From assembly GCF_032191835.1 (NCBI RefSeq), contig NW_026799993.1:186001-250000 (forward strand): a DNA stretch of 64,000 bases. Direction: 5' to 3'. Below the pieces are notes generated by a model. It was not told the origin of the DNA. It saw only the letters and a list, made by a program, of their open reading frames with translations, and did not search any database. This document shows positions 45,911 through 58,770 of this stretch, one piece after another. The position numbers were made by a program, and so were the translations under genes. The number at the start of each line of letters is the position of its first letter. The first letter of the stretch is position 1. This DNA is from Heteronotia binoei. Lineage: Eukaryota.

Positions 45911-48462
45911 TATATTGTGGGGCAGCTTTCATCTATGTATTATTCCATTTGATGCGCATCACCCAGAGCCTGGACTGGGCTGGGACTGGGCAAGTCAACA
46001 AGTCTGATAAATGACAGCAACAACAACAGCAGCAGCAGCACTGTCCTATGATCCCAGTTGTACCAGTGGCTGCTAAGACCAGTGTAATATCAATATATTG
46101 TTATTGATATCCTGTGTGTTAGCTGGAGCTGGCAGTGTGTAACTTGAGCGTGTCCTTTAAAATGAGGGCCATATGAGTTAAGAAACGAAAAGCTATTATT
46201 TCTTGATAAAGAAATCCATACTGTTACAGGAATGAGGAGACAAGTGTTCTAGCTATGCTCCTAGATCAAGATATGTAGCTGTGTTTTTAGTGTGTCTGTG
46301 GAAAAGAGTCACTCGCACCTGCTCTGAAGAAGTAAACAGTGACTCATGAAAGTTCATACCCTACCGCAAATGTTGTTAGTCTTTAAGGTGTTACTAGCTA
46401 TGCTCCTGTTGCCCTCTTGTAGGTAAGAGGGAGAGGGCAGCCAGAAGGAAACAAGTGCCTAAGATCAGCTGTTTGGCAATAAAGGGATAACAGCATAACA
46501 AACTTCTAGTTCTACTCCTCCCCACCATGAAGAGCTGTCTTTTTAAACGAAGTTCAAAATAACTGGTTTAAACCAGTTCTAAAACAAAAGCTTCAGTTGT
46601 TCCGTTTACAGTGTAAAAGACTCCTGTAAGCTGAAATATAAATTCATTCTCTGAGTACTCTTTATGATCATAAGCATGACATCTCCAACAGTATGGGTAT
46701 GCTTACAAAGAGACATTGCATCATCCTTCACTTCCAACACTAAGCCATTCCAGCAGCTCTGCTGAAAGAAAAATAACACATCAAACAGGGAATGTAATGA
46801 TGCCTACAGTACCAATCACAGTGCATGGCATATTGATGCCAGCCCCCTATTAGACATGTCTGGAAGGAACCAATGCACGCTCAGCAAAATGCAGTGCCTT
46901 TATGACTTCACTGTCTCCCACAATATGGACAAACAAAACCCAGAAGAAGCAAAAAACAAACAAACAAAAAACACCACTCCATCATTAGTAATGTGAATTG
47001 CTGTGGAGTGGGCAGCAGAATAACTAACACACTGTAGGCACATCCCTAAAGATGGAGGAATTGAATTACTTTATATCATACATGCAACCTGTAAACAACA
47101 ACCCTATGAAGTGAAAACACACAAGGACACAGAGAAGGAAGGATGGGAATTCCCGACCCATTTTCCAGTAAACTCCACAACTCACTTGAGAAGGAATGTA
47201 CACAAAGAGCAATAGTTTCCCCTGTTCTAAACTACCTGACAGGATTGTTGTGAGGACAAAATGGAGCGCTCTAAGCTCCTTGGAAGAAAGGCAGGTTAAA
47301 AATGTGATAGACAAATAGATAAACAACAACAATAATTCTGTCCTTGACTCAGAGCAGGCAGAATAAGAGGGGAAAGAGAAAGCAGGATGATGTGAATCCA
47401 CGAGATGCTTGAGGAACCTCCCAGAAGGAAGGTGACCAGGAGACTGTCTGCCTTCTGGCCTCATCAGAGTGCAAAAAGTTGGGGGATTAGCTTTGTAACT
47501 ATTCCACATTAGGGACTCTGGGCTCACTCAGATGGTAAGAATCCTGACAATATAGACAGAAATATCCCACTTTGGACATCTGTAGTCCCATTTGGAATAT
47601 GGCAGGAGAATATTTGCAGAAAGGAATGTTTCAGGATGAAAACAGTTGGAAGAAATATAATGGAAGGGTTGTGAGCTGTTTATATTAAAAGCTGTAATAA
47701 AGAAACTTCAGTTCTATGTTCTGAGTAATTTAATAAATAAAACACACTGTATAATGTGGGGTGATTAGAGTAGACACACATATATAGGTTTTTGGTTTTG
47801 GTGGTTAGGGTACACATACATATATTTGGGTTTTGCAAGAGTTCTAAATACTTTGTTAAGGGATGGGTTGATGGAAAGAGGAAGGGAAGTTTAAAAAGGT
47901 GGGTTAAAATCAGGCCTTAGTTTTAGCTGAAACTCAGCCTTGAAGCATGTTTTAATACAAAGGATTACAGACTTGGTCCACTGAATAATAGCAAGGAGTA
48001 GAATGTGTCTGAGCATGTACAGAGTTCCTTCATACTCTGTGGAAAATAACAACAGCCATCCTCCACACAGTTGGGTTTTCAGGGAGAGCTTTGGGGATAG
48101 AAGGCATAATTTTCTTAACTCACTGGGAGGCAGATTAAGATCTTGAGATGAGGTGGGGCACTATACAGGATAGGAGTGTTGCTTACTGGAAACTACTTGT
48201 TTAGAATTATCAGTTACTAAAAACTGGTGCAGATGCCTTTAATTTCTATGTGGCTTGCTGTGCTATGCAACCAAAATATCTAATGCACTCCATAGCAATT
48301 TTGATTCAGAGACATACGAGGCTAATAAGGTAGACAGATATAGTGAGGCTGAGGCCTGAAATCATGGATAAAGGAGCAGAAAAGTAAAAGTAGGTATTCT
48401 CATAAACAGTGATGGAAATCCTGTAGGGTTTTTTGGTCTATAATTATTCCTTATTCTGCCAG

Positions 48463-48540
48463 GAAATGAACACTCTGCGCAGTCAATGTGGGCGACTCTA
48501 TGGGTACGACTGGATCAGCATTCCTTTAGTCTACACTCAG
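48463..48540 (+). CDS. BEST1: BEST1 coding exon 5 ([26 protein letters not shown])
   Basis: 78 nt, CAG/GTGAG boundaries, invariant [12 protein letters not shown] motif. Confidence 0.97.
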
Positions 48541-48911
48541 GTGAGAACCTTGATAAGCATTTTCCTCCATGATTGCAACCAGAAGTATTATATTATTTCA
48601 GAGCAATGAGCAGAAACAGGTCCAGTGTGAAATCTAGAGTACACTATTTGGATGTCTCCTGCTGGAAGCTGGATCCTTACGTTGATTTTGAGTGTGATTT
48701 AAACATGCCAGCTACAAATTCGTACCCTGCCTCCATGATCCCCTTCATTCTTTCACACATAATCCACCCAGTCCTGATATAATTCTCCCACACAATCCAT
48801 TTTTTTTTTTGGAACCACATTGTGGTTTTTTTGGAACCACAATCCATTTTTTTTTAACCCCATAAACATACCTACTACAATTTACCTAACAAAGTGGGGT
48901 GGATCTAAAAG

Positions 48912-49491
48912 CAGGCCTGTAACTAGGGACAGCTGAGGGGGCCTTGCCTCCGACTTCCTGATGAGGGCCCCGATTCAGGGCCCTCAACCTGCAGTCTACC
49001 CTCCCTACTGCTTGAGGACTGCTGCTGGCCCTCCCCCCATTCAAATCATGCAGGAGGGGTGGCAGGAACAGCCGCTGGCCTCCCACAATACTTAAAGGGC
49101 TCGTCAGTCAACTGATTGGCGCGCCCTTTAAATTGTGCGGGGACTGGCAGCTGCTCCTGCCACCCCCTTGTGAGATTTGAATCATGAGAGAGGGGTGGGC
49201 AGTAGCACCGGCCCTCAGGCAGCAGGGGAAGGCTGTGAGTCTGAGCAACTGTGGTTCCAAGCAGCCTCCTGAGTGGAGGGAACCCCTGACCTCAGGCTGC
49301 CTGTCTCTGCGCCATAGAGGAAGTGGGGGCCAGATGGGTGGTGGAGCATGCCAAGCCTGGCCAAGAGAGCCAGGGAGGATCCCCATCAAGTGGAGGCAGT
49401 ATGGGTAAAGGCTGCAGCGGAGGGGAATCAGCTAAGTGCCCCTTGAAAAATTGAAATTCCCCCAACCCAAGAAATCCTGGCTACAGCCCTG
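48912..49491. mobile_element. hAT-type MITE, 580 bp, GC-rich
   Basis: TIRs CAGGCCTGTAACTAGG / CCTGGCTACAGCCCTG, perfect TSD TCTAAAAG. Confidence 0.88.
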
Positions 49492-51542
49492 TCTAAAAGT
49501 TCCTTTTACAAGCAGCAGTTCCATTTATAGAAAGTTGGGGGTTTCACCTATTTCTTCCTTCCTGCTGCAGACCTCCACATTCCACATTTATTTTATTTAT
49601 TTTAAAACATTTATTAGTTGCCTTTCTACCTTGTGGCACTCAAGCAACTTGCAATATAAATAAAACCGTTATAAAACACATAAAAGATGACAGTTTAAAA
49701 TCTCAATTAGGACAGCCAATAAATAAAAATTAAATTAGTCGAATGCAGTCCTATATAAAAGTGTCCTCATCTGCCTCCTGAAGATGGAAAGTGAAGGGTC
49801 AAACACACCTTTCTTGGTGGTTGCTTAGCAATTGTGGGCTGCCATTGCAAAGGCTCCTCTCTTGTGTCCACCAGATTAGCTTCTTTGATTGGCAGGGCAG
49901 TCAGGAGGGCCTCTCCCTGTGATCTTAATTTCCAGGCAGGAATGTATGGGAAAATATGGTCCCAAGATAGTCTGGTCCCCAGCCATGTAGGGTTTTGAAG
50001 GACAAAAGCTACACCTTGGACTGGGCTCAGAAGCAGATTGGTAGACAATGCAATTACTGTAGTCACATCCTCCTGGTAGCTACCCCCACCCACTAGTCTA
50101 GTCACAGCATTCGGTACCAGCTGCAGCTTTCAAATGCTCTATAACGGTAGCTCCATGTAGCCCTAACCTGAACAGCCCAGGCAAGCCTGATCTCGTAAAC
50201 GAAGCAGGGCCAACCCTGGCAAGTACGTGGATGCAAGACCTCAAAGGAATACCAACAGTTGAGATGCAGAAGCAAGCAATACCAAGCCACCTCTCTGAAA
50301 GTCCAAGCACCACTAGGGGTTGCCAGAAGTCAACCATGACTTCCAGGCAGGGATGTGCATACGCACACACACAAGGGTAGCCCCAAGTAGAGTGCATTGC
50401 AAAAGTCCTGTCTAGATGTAACTAAGGCATGGATTATTGTGGCTAGATCTGACTGAACCACAGCTGACGCACCAGCTGAAGCTGGGCAAAAGCACTCCAA
50501 ACCACCACAGCCATCTGGTTTTCTAAGGTGACTGCTAGATCAAGCAGCACATTATGAATCCGGCTTTTCAAGAGAAGTTTAACTCTGTCCAAGACAGGAG
50601 AGATCTTAAGCCTTTCTACTAATCCAGAGCACTTGCTTCCTGATGACCACTCTCTGTGGTCATCATATATTCATATAGATATTAAGCAGCACAGTGGATC
50701 AGATCCAAACCTGTGGGGACCCACAGGGCAAGAATCCCCCAACACTGTCTTCTGAGACCAAGTCCCCAGACAGGACTCGAATCATCGTAACATAGAGCAT
50801 CATGTTTCTGAGATGTGAAACGCAGACAGGAAGTTTTAAACTTCTACCAGATTTATGAAATAAGGCCAAGCAGGGGTGAGGTCAGATGTTCAGAAAATCC
50901 CTCTACGGGCATGATCGGGAAATTGGTTGTGCGGATTATAATAGAGGCGCGTTGCAGATGGATTTAATGGTGAGCGTGTCCGCACCCCAGGAAGGGTGAT
51001 ATTTCCACTTCCCAGAGCTTTACAGACCATGTGTGATTTTCCTGCACACTTATTGGGATTAAAATAACATAAAGTGAGATTCAAAGGAGCAAAATGCAGA
51101 ACAACATCTGGAAGAATCAAAAGGGAAGAAACAATCAGAGTAGCTCTTGTGTGGGGAGAGAGATGGGTGAGTTAAGAACCGGGCTTCTCAAACTCTTAGG
51201 CCATTTGCCAGCTAAAATTCCTTTTCCATGAAGAGCAACCTGGCTTTCTCTAGTGTTTTCCACATGGGAACAGGCTTGCATGGTTTCTCACTTGCTGTTG
51301 TGGCTGCTGATGCAGCGCAAAGTAGTAATGGGGCTTCCACATGGCAGGTTACTCCACATATTCTCTGCCCTACATCCCAGGACTTTTTTTCATTTTTTAA
51401 AAATCAGCAGTTGCATATTGTTATAATGATGAATTAATCTGTGTATCAGGTGCTCTGGAATGCCAGCTTTCATTTAAACAGAAAAATAAGTCTTTAGCCC
51501 GTCACATCGTGAGGATAACAAAAGACAAGACATATCTCTGAA

Positions 51543-51690
51543 CAGGGGTCATTTTATAGAAAAATAGGTGGCGGAGCTCATCCAGGGGTTGTTATGCAGC
51601 TGCACATACTATTCAACGGACAAGAAGGTGGAACTCTCAGAAAGGCTCAGGAGCTCTGCTCCTGTGAGCTCCCACTGAATCTGTGGCCTG
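51543..51690. mobile_element. hAT-type MITE
   Basis: Perfect 8-bp TSD TCTCTGAA. Confidence 0.82.
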
Positions 51691-53261
51691 TCTCTGAATG
51701 AAAGGGACAACAGACTTGCTGTTTAAAAAAAAAGCTGGGAATTCTGAGAACCTGATATACAGATTGTTATAACACTATAACGATATTCAGTTGTCAATTT
51801 CTAAAAGCCCTTTGGTGGTGGAGGAAAACGTTCCCCAGAGCAGAGGAAATTATGCCCATGTGGGCAAGAACTGCCTTTCTCTTTCAGCTAGGTGCCACTC
51901 CAGCTTGGCTGCAATCTTCCCTGAAGTATTGCTGAATTGGTTTGAAACAACTTGGGAGGTGCCTAGAAGTACTGCAGTGTTGTAGGTACGTAGTGGGGGG
52001 TGGGGAATCACTTTCCAATAGCATCCAAGCCCGGGCAAACAAGGTGATGTGAGTGACCTCTGCTTTAAGCCTGGTTCACACATGCAGGAAATGATGTGGC
52101 AGAATCTTAAGGGCTCAGAATGGATTGCACCATTTCAGACTGCAGGTAACAGAGCCTGGCTTTGAATACTCCTTTGCAAAACAAAACTTCCTGGAACTAG
52201 CACAGGAGGGAGAAAACACTTTGCTTACTATGGCAGTTTTCTGTTTGATGGGCATTTTAAACATGCCAGCTGCAGAATGAACGTTACAATTCATTCTCCC
52301 ACTCTGGCACTTCATTGCCACCATGGCACTCATTACAGGCATGAACTAGGCCTCAGTGTTTTACTGGTACTAGCCACCTCACAAAATATCTCCATCTCCT
52401 CATAACAGAAATAAATTGTATTCAAGTTGCTGCATCAGGGTTTTTGCTTGCTTTATTCTGTTTTAAACTGCGTAAAGTGTGCGGTCCAATAATAGAGGAT
52501 CTGACTTAATCTGCCTTCAAAGGAAGGAGGAAAAGAACCAGGGAAAGTTATTAGTATGAAGTATATAATAAAGGAATAAAAAGGAGGGGGACATGTGGAA
52601 TGAAAATAGATGGCCAGCTCAGGGCGGCATCAAGCCGCCCCATAAGTAAGCCAGTCAGAAAAGGAGTGGCTGGAAGCTTCCTGACAGCATACGGTCCACC
52701 CCCGGAACAGGGACAGGGTGCGTGTGCTCTGGAGGAGCTTACAAAGTGCTCATGCACCTCTTGGCTGCTCCCTGGGCGCTTCCCAGCTATCTAGATGACT
52801 GGGAAAGTGCCTTGGAGCTGTCTCAGAACTTACAACGTGGTGCCTTTCTGTGGCGGCTTCGATCCAGCCCTGAATGGGCTGCGTGCGGGACAGGGATGGC
52901 AGGCAGATGTGCAAGTGCGTATGTGCTTTTTTGATCAGCCTGCCTCTGGTCCCCGGGGCGGCTCAAACTACCTGTCTGTTATCACCCATGATACCTTGCA
53001 GTGATATTATAGGCAACACTGTCCAACGGATATATTGTCAAAAACACTTCACATAGCAACACAGCTATAATACAGGCATAGTAGTTGAGGGAAAGAATCA
53101 GAGAGCACAATTATTTTGGTTTAAGTTCCGACAACTGTTATTCTGTAGTAACAGAAATGCTTTTGAATTTAAGATGTGGTTCTAGCAATGCTTCATGGTT
53201 CTCCTCTCCATTCCAAAAAAGCAACAATGTCTTGAAAGGCTCTAACATCTCTTTCTCTCAG

Positions 53262-53414
53262 GTGGTCACTGTCGCTGTTTACAGCTTCTTCTTGGCTTGT
53301 CTGATTGGCCGGCAATTCCTGGACCCAGCAAAGGCATATCCAGGCCATGAGATGGACCTCTTTGTACCCATCTTCACCTTCCTACAGTTTTTCTTCTATG
53401 CTGGATGGTTAAAG
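53262..53414 (+). CDS. BEST1: BEST1 coding exon 6 ([51 protein letters not shown])
   Basis: 153 nt, canonical splice sites. Confidence 0.97.
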
Positions 53415-53734
53415 GTCTGTTCAAAAGAAAGAACCTCAATCCTCAGAAATTTCTCTTCACCAATACAGATAATCAGAAGTGGGTTCTTGAGTCACCAAAA
53501 CTAAAGTATTTATGGCCATTTCATGCAATATATGTAGACACATCTTTGTACTAGGATTAGCCCATTCATTTGCAAAGCTAGAGTTCAGGGTCCTGATCTA
53601 AAAGCTCAAATGGGTGGGTGCTCCTGAACCATCCAGCTGCCCTCCGCCTGGCACTTTCCTCCTGACCACACTTCTGTACTAGGAAAAAGGATCTGGAGCT
53701 GAGTCCTGTAAACAAATAGCTGCTGTATTTGTGA

Positions 53735-53977
<243 letters not shown>

Positions 53978-55636
53978 TAGGCTTGGATAAAATCTCTGCA
54001 TTTTCTGTCAGCAGCTCAGGCACAATATGGTGGCCTCTGAGTGTGCAGCACTGAAAAGGAACTTCATATTGTATCAGTAGTCCTACTAATCAAATTCATG
54101 CCTATCTTAGTGTTCAGTTCTATTATCATACAGAGCTGGGTGTTTATAACTTCAATAATGGCTTTTAGGATTAGATTTTAATTTGTCCATTTAACAACAA
54201 CAATGATGATGATGAAAAATTTAATTTTTATCTTGCCCATTTCCCAAAATTGGGCTCAGGCACACAACATATCTCATCATTACAGAGTAAAAACATAAAT
54301 AAATATGGATAAAATAAACAATAAGTACATTCAATCCAATCAAATGGTGTCACACATCTTTCTTGCAAGCAACTGGGGTAGCTAGTGTAACTACATATTC
54401 CACTGATGTGAAGGTTCTTAACCAGGGGGTGTGGAAATAAAAAGATCGGAGAAAAAGACCCCTAGGAGGCCACTGATCTCACCAGCCATCACTGTCTTCA
54501 ACCATATGCCTGGCTCTTCAGAACTGAGTCAAGTTCCATAGGGCTCAGATCTCACTAGGAAGAGTTTCATCAAGCTGGGGTCAGAGCTGAAAAGGCCCTG
54601 GCCCAGGACAACTGGACCATTTTGGAACCCAGGACTACCAACAAGTAGGTACTGGTTGAATATAAAGCACTCTGAGGGGTGTATAGGGAGACACAGTCCC
54701 ACAGATACAATGGTCCCAGATCATTTAGGGCTTTAAAGGTAAGAACCAAAACCTTGAACTTGATTAGGTTTTCAATCTGGAGCTTGCGCAGCTGATGGAG
54801 CGCAGGTTGTATATGCTCACTCAAGGGATCTGTTTAATTTGGTAGCTGCCTTGGTGGCCCTATGTAGGCAGAAAGATGGGGTAAATTTTTATTAATAAAT
54901 AATACATATTTCTCTGTGTAACCTTCCTAATTCCTGCATATCAAAATATTTTTTTAATGTGGAAGCCTCCTATGCTCACGTCTCACTGAGCTTTCTCTCA
55001 TACTGTTGTTCTTGTATGAATAGGACATAATATCTAGATCCTAGCACCAAATGAAATGAAATGTTGATTTTAATTATTGAATGTATAATTTTTTATAGAA
55101 TGTACTATTTTTATAATATGTATTCTTTTAACTATTGTGATGTTTTTATGTTGTGAGCCGCCCTGAGCCTGCTTCGGCGGGGAGGGTGGGATATAAATCA
55201 AATCAATAAATAAATACAATTTGATCATTCCCTCGCCACCCATGAGATGATGCTCCTTCCTGTGCCTCAAAGATACCTCCTTTGGCAGGTCTACACACCT
55301 TCTGACCCAACATGCTGAGTACAATGCAGAAGGAACTCAGTAACTACCACTTTATTCCACATTCCTGGAATAGAGAAAAGAGAGGGGGCAATAAATAACA
55401 CATGGTTATCTGGGCTGCTGCTCCATAATTGTCATAAGCTCTCCCACATATTCAGTCATTACACCAAACAAGTCCAACTTTTCAATTAGCTTTTACATTA
55501 CAACCCTTCCCCAGTCATTAGGAACTTCTATTTTTATCCAACATAGCAGCAGAAGGGAAGAACTTTTACAATGCTAAGATAATATATATGCAGTTTTTAG
55601 CTCATTATGCCTGACATGCATGTCCTCTCTTGACAG

Positions 55637-55788
55637 GTCTCTCTTATGGCTGTGGATGAAATGCACCAGGATTTGCCAGCTCTGCAGAAAGATCCATACT
55701 GGAATGAATCAGACCCACAGCCACCCTACACAGCAGCAACTGCAGAATATAAGCGGCCATCTTTCCTCGGCTCAACCTTTGACATCAG
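55637..55788 (+). CDS. BEST1: BEST1 coding exon 8 ([50 protein letters not shown])
   Basis: 152 nt, cumulative CDS 1100 nt as in human. Ends at a non-canonical AG|GCAAGT donor. Contains the RPSFLGS inactivation peptide. Confidence 0.95.
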
Positions 55789-55809
55789 GCAAGTGAAGTT
55801 GCCTAAAAC

Positions 55810-56496
55810 CAGGGCTTTTTTGTAGCAGGAACTCCTTTGCATATTAGGCCACACATTATGTTAATATTCAGCGCAGCATTTTATCATTAATTCTTGATAG
55901 TATCTTAGAGCAGGGGTGGTCAACGGTAGCTCTCCAAATGTTTTTTGCCTACAACTCCCATCAGCCCCAGCCATTGGCCATGCTGGCTGGGGCTGATGGG
56001 AGTTGTAGGCAAAAAACATCTGGAGAGGTACCGTTGGCCACCCCTATCTTAGAGCTTCTGGATTCATATAAACTGCTGTGTCTATTAAACAACAAAGATG
56101 GGAACACAACATGCTATGGTAAAGTTTTTGCAGGCTGCTCTTCTCATACACAGTAATGTACTGTAATTTACATTTCTATTAGACAGATTGACTTATTTTT
56201 GTTCAGATTTTAGACCCTTTTAGAATGTTCTTTTGTCATGTTGGCATGTTTTATCTATTTGTATGCATATGTGTATATATCTATTTTTTTCTTTCCTCTC
56301 TTTTAACTCTCTTTTAACGCCAATAACGGTAACTGAACTGACTGATATTAGGCCACACACACCTCCGATGTAGCCAATCCTCCTGGAGCTTACAGTAGGC
56401 CCTGTACTAAGAGCCCTGTAAGCTCTTGGAGGATTGGCTACAGCAGGGGTGTGTAGCCTAATATGCAAAGGAGTTCCTGCTATAAAAAAAGCCCTG
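55810..56496. mobile_element. hAT-type MITE with a second nested MITE (55911-56046)
   Basis: Outer TSD CCTAAAAC; inner TIR CAGGGGTGG/CCACCCCTA with TSD TCTTAGAG. Confidence 0.88.
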
Positions 56497-57863
56497 CCTA
56501 AAACAGTACTGGCAGTCTCTTGCCAATGAATGATTATCCCACAATATATGTTGTCTATACTTAAAGCTCCACAAGGCTTTTAGCAATTTGTAAAAACTTA
56601 CATTCCCTGAAGTTCAGACATTTTTTTGTTGAGCTACGTCTACCCATGTTTTTTGCTGTTTTGATTCACTGTGAAGCTGTTATTATGGCTTTCTGTATAA
56701 CCTTAGTCATCCAAACCTAAGGGCTAAATTGTTTGCAGTGCCAAACCCCACCCTTCTCTTCAGCAGCAAGATAAACCCCAAATACCCTGTGGCAACAAAG
56801 TTAGTATCATTGCCCAACATAATTGAGGTATTTGCTGCCAGATAAGCAGTATGTACACACAATTTGGTAATACATGAGGTGTCCCTTGGACTCTTAAATC
56901 ATGTCTGAAGACATATTAGTTGTCACATAATTCAGCTTTTCTTGGTGCAGGATAATTCAGCTTTTCTTGGTTCAGGAAATGGAGATAGAAATGTATGCTG
57001 TAAACAGAGTATACATCACTGACTCTGTACACTCCCCCACTCTATGAGATCTGTGCTGGCAGTGACTGACTAGGAAAGAGATCTTGGGGTTACAGTAGAT
57101 AGCTCAATGATAGCAGCAAATGACAGCTCAATGATAGCAGCAAAAAGGCAAACTCCGTTATTAGGGAAAGGATTGCAAATAGAATAACAGGCACTGCAAT
57201 GCCTTTGTAGAGATCTTTTGGAACACTGCATATAGTTTAGCCCATCTATTTTAAAAAGGATACCATACAGTAGATGAATTTTGTTCTTGTTTGGCTCTAG
57301 GAGCCAACCTTAAGAAATTATAAGTCTAAGTCATATTCAAGTATTAAGGTTTTTTTATTTAATGACCATATTTTCTAATTAGTGCTATCACAAAATCTAT
57401 TCTTAACTTCTTCATAGTGTCTCATAATTTGATTAAAGCTGACTAAAGTGTTACAGTATATAAACAAATATAGGGATAACCTAAAGGAGACCACAAAAAA
57501 CTAACATTTAACTCTAACCTAACCTCCCCAGTTTCTCATAATTACATTGCTGCTTTTAAAAGCTCCATTTTATTAAATATTGCAGCTAGTACAGAAAATA
57601 CCTAAAGATATGAAATCGTCCACCACCACCACCACTAAATGGTGTAAAGTTAAATTTGTATATAAACAATTATAACTTCATGCCCATTTAGTTTTGCATC
57701 ATAAAACAAACGATTCTGGTACAGAATAACAAATATCCTTTGTACTTCATGGTAAATAGCTGCAAGATGCTGTAATAAAATAACAGCTAAAAATAAAAGC
57801 TGCCACAATGAAACTTTTAACACCATGATCATCTGGGGCTTGGGAGTTATCAAGCCCTGTTAA

Positions 57864-58770
57864 TAGGGTTGCCAAGTCCAATTCAAGAAATATCTGCAGA
57901 CTTTGGGGGTGGAGTCAGGAGCAAGGGTGTGACAAGCATGATTGAACTCCGAAGGGAGTTCTGGCTATCACAGTTAAAGGGACCACACACCTTTTTAAAT
58001 GCCTTCCTTCCACAGGAAATAATGAAGGATAGGTGCACCTTCTTTTGGGGCTCATAGAATTGGACCCCCCAGTCCAATCTTTTTGAAACTTGGAGGGTAT
58101 TTTAGGAAGAGGCACTGGATGCTATACTGAAAATTTGGCACATCTAGCTCAAAAAACAGCCCCCCAGAGCCCCAGATACCTGCAGATTCATTCTCCATTA
58201 TTTCCTATGGGAATCAGTCTCCATAGAGAACAACAGAGTGCCCAGCAGACATTTCCCTCCCCTCCCCCTGCTTTCTGATGACCCTGAAACGGGGGGAGGG
58301 CCTCCAAACTGGGGATCCCCTGTCCCCATCTGGGGATTACACAACAAAAAATGCAAGCTAGTGACCAATTTACTAAGAAGTATATAGAAATCAGTCCAAA
58401 TGTCCAAAACATGTATATTCAAGTCCCAAAGTAGTGTGGTGACAAGCCAATCGATTAAGTACTTGTTTCTTTCCAGTCTTCATCAGACCTGGGACCAATA
58501 TTGACTCAATTATATAGATTTTTTACACAATTTTCAAAAAAGAGGGACGCAGAGCGTCTCCAGAAGCAATTTCATATCGGCTACAGCTCAGTATGTGGTT
58601 TCTTGTGAAATTGCTGCTGGAGACGCTCTGCGTCCCTCTTTTTTGAAAATTGTGTAAAGAATCTATACTTCTTAGTAAATTGGTCACTAGCTTGCATTTT
58701 TTGTTGTGTTACCCATTATAGTGACCTCTCTCAGATTGTATTCTGTCCCAACTGGGGATTGGCAACCCTA
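57864..58770 (+). mobile_element. hAT-type MITE carrying an inverted-repeat Penelope pLTR insertion (58339-58743)
   Basis: TIRs intact, TSD CCTGTTAA/TCTGTTAT; insert homologous to 3235-3620 and flanked by duplicated TGTCCC(C)A(T/A)CTGGGGATT. Confidence 0.9.
58423..58496 (-). ncRNA. Type I hammerhead ribozyme motif (copy 2)
   Basis: GGTCCCA-GGT-CTGATGA-AGACTGGAAA-GAAA-CAAG...CTTG-TC-ACC...TGGGACT: core, helix III, GUC triplet and both parts of helix I pair. Confidence 0.78.
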
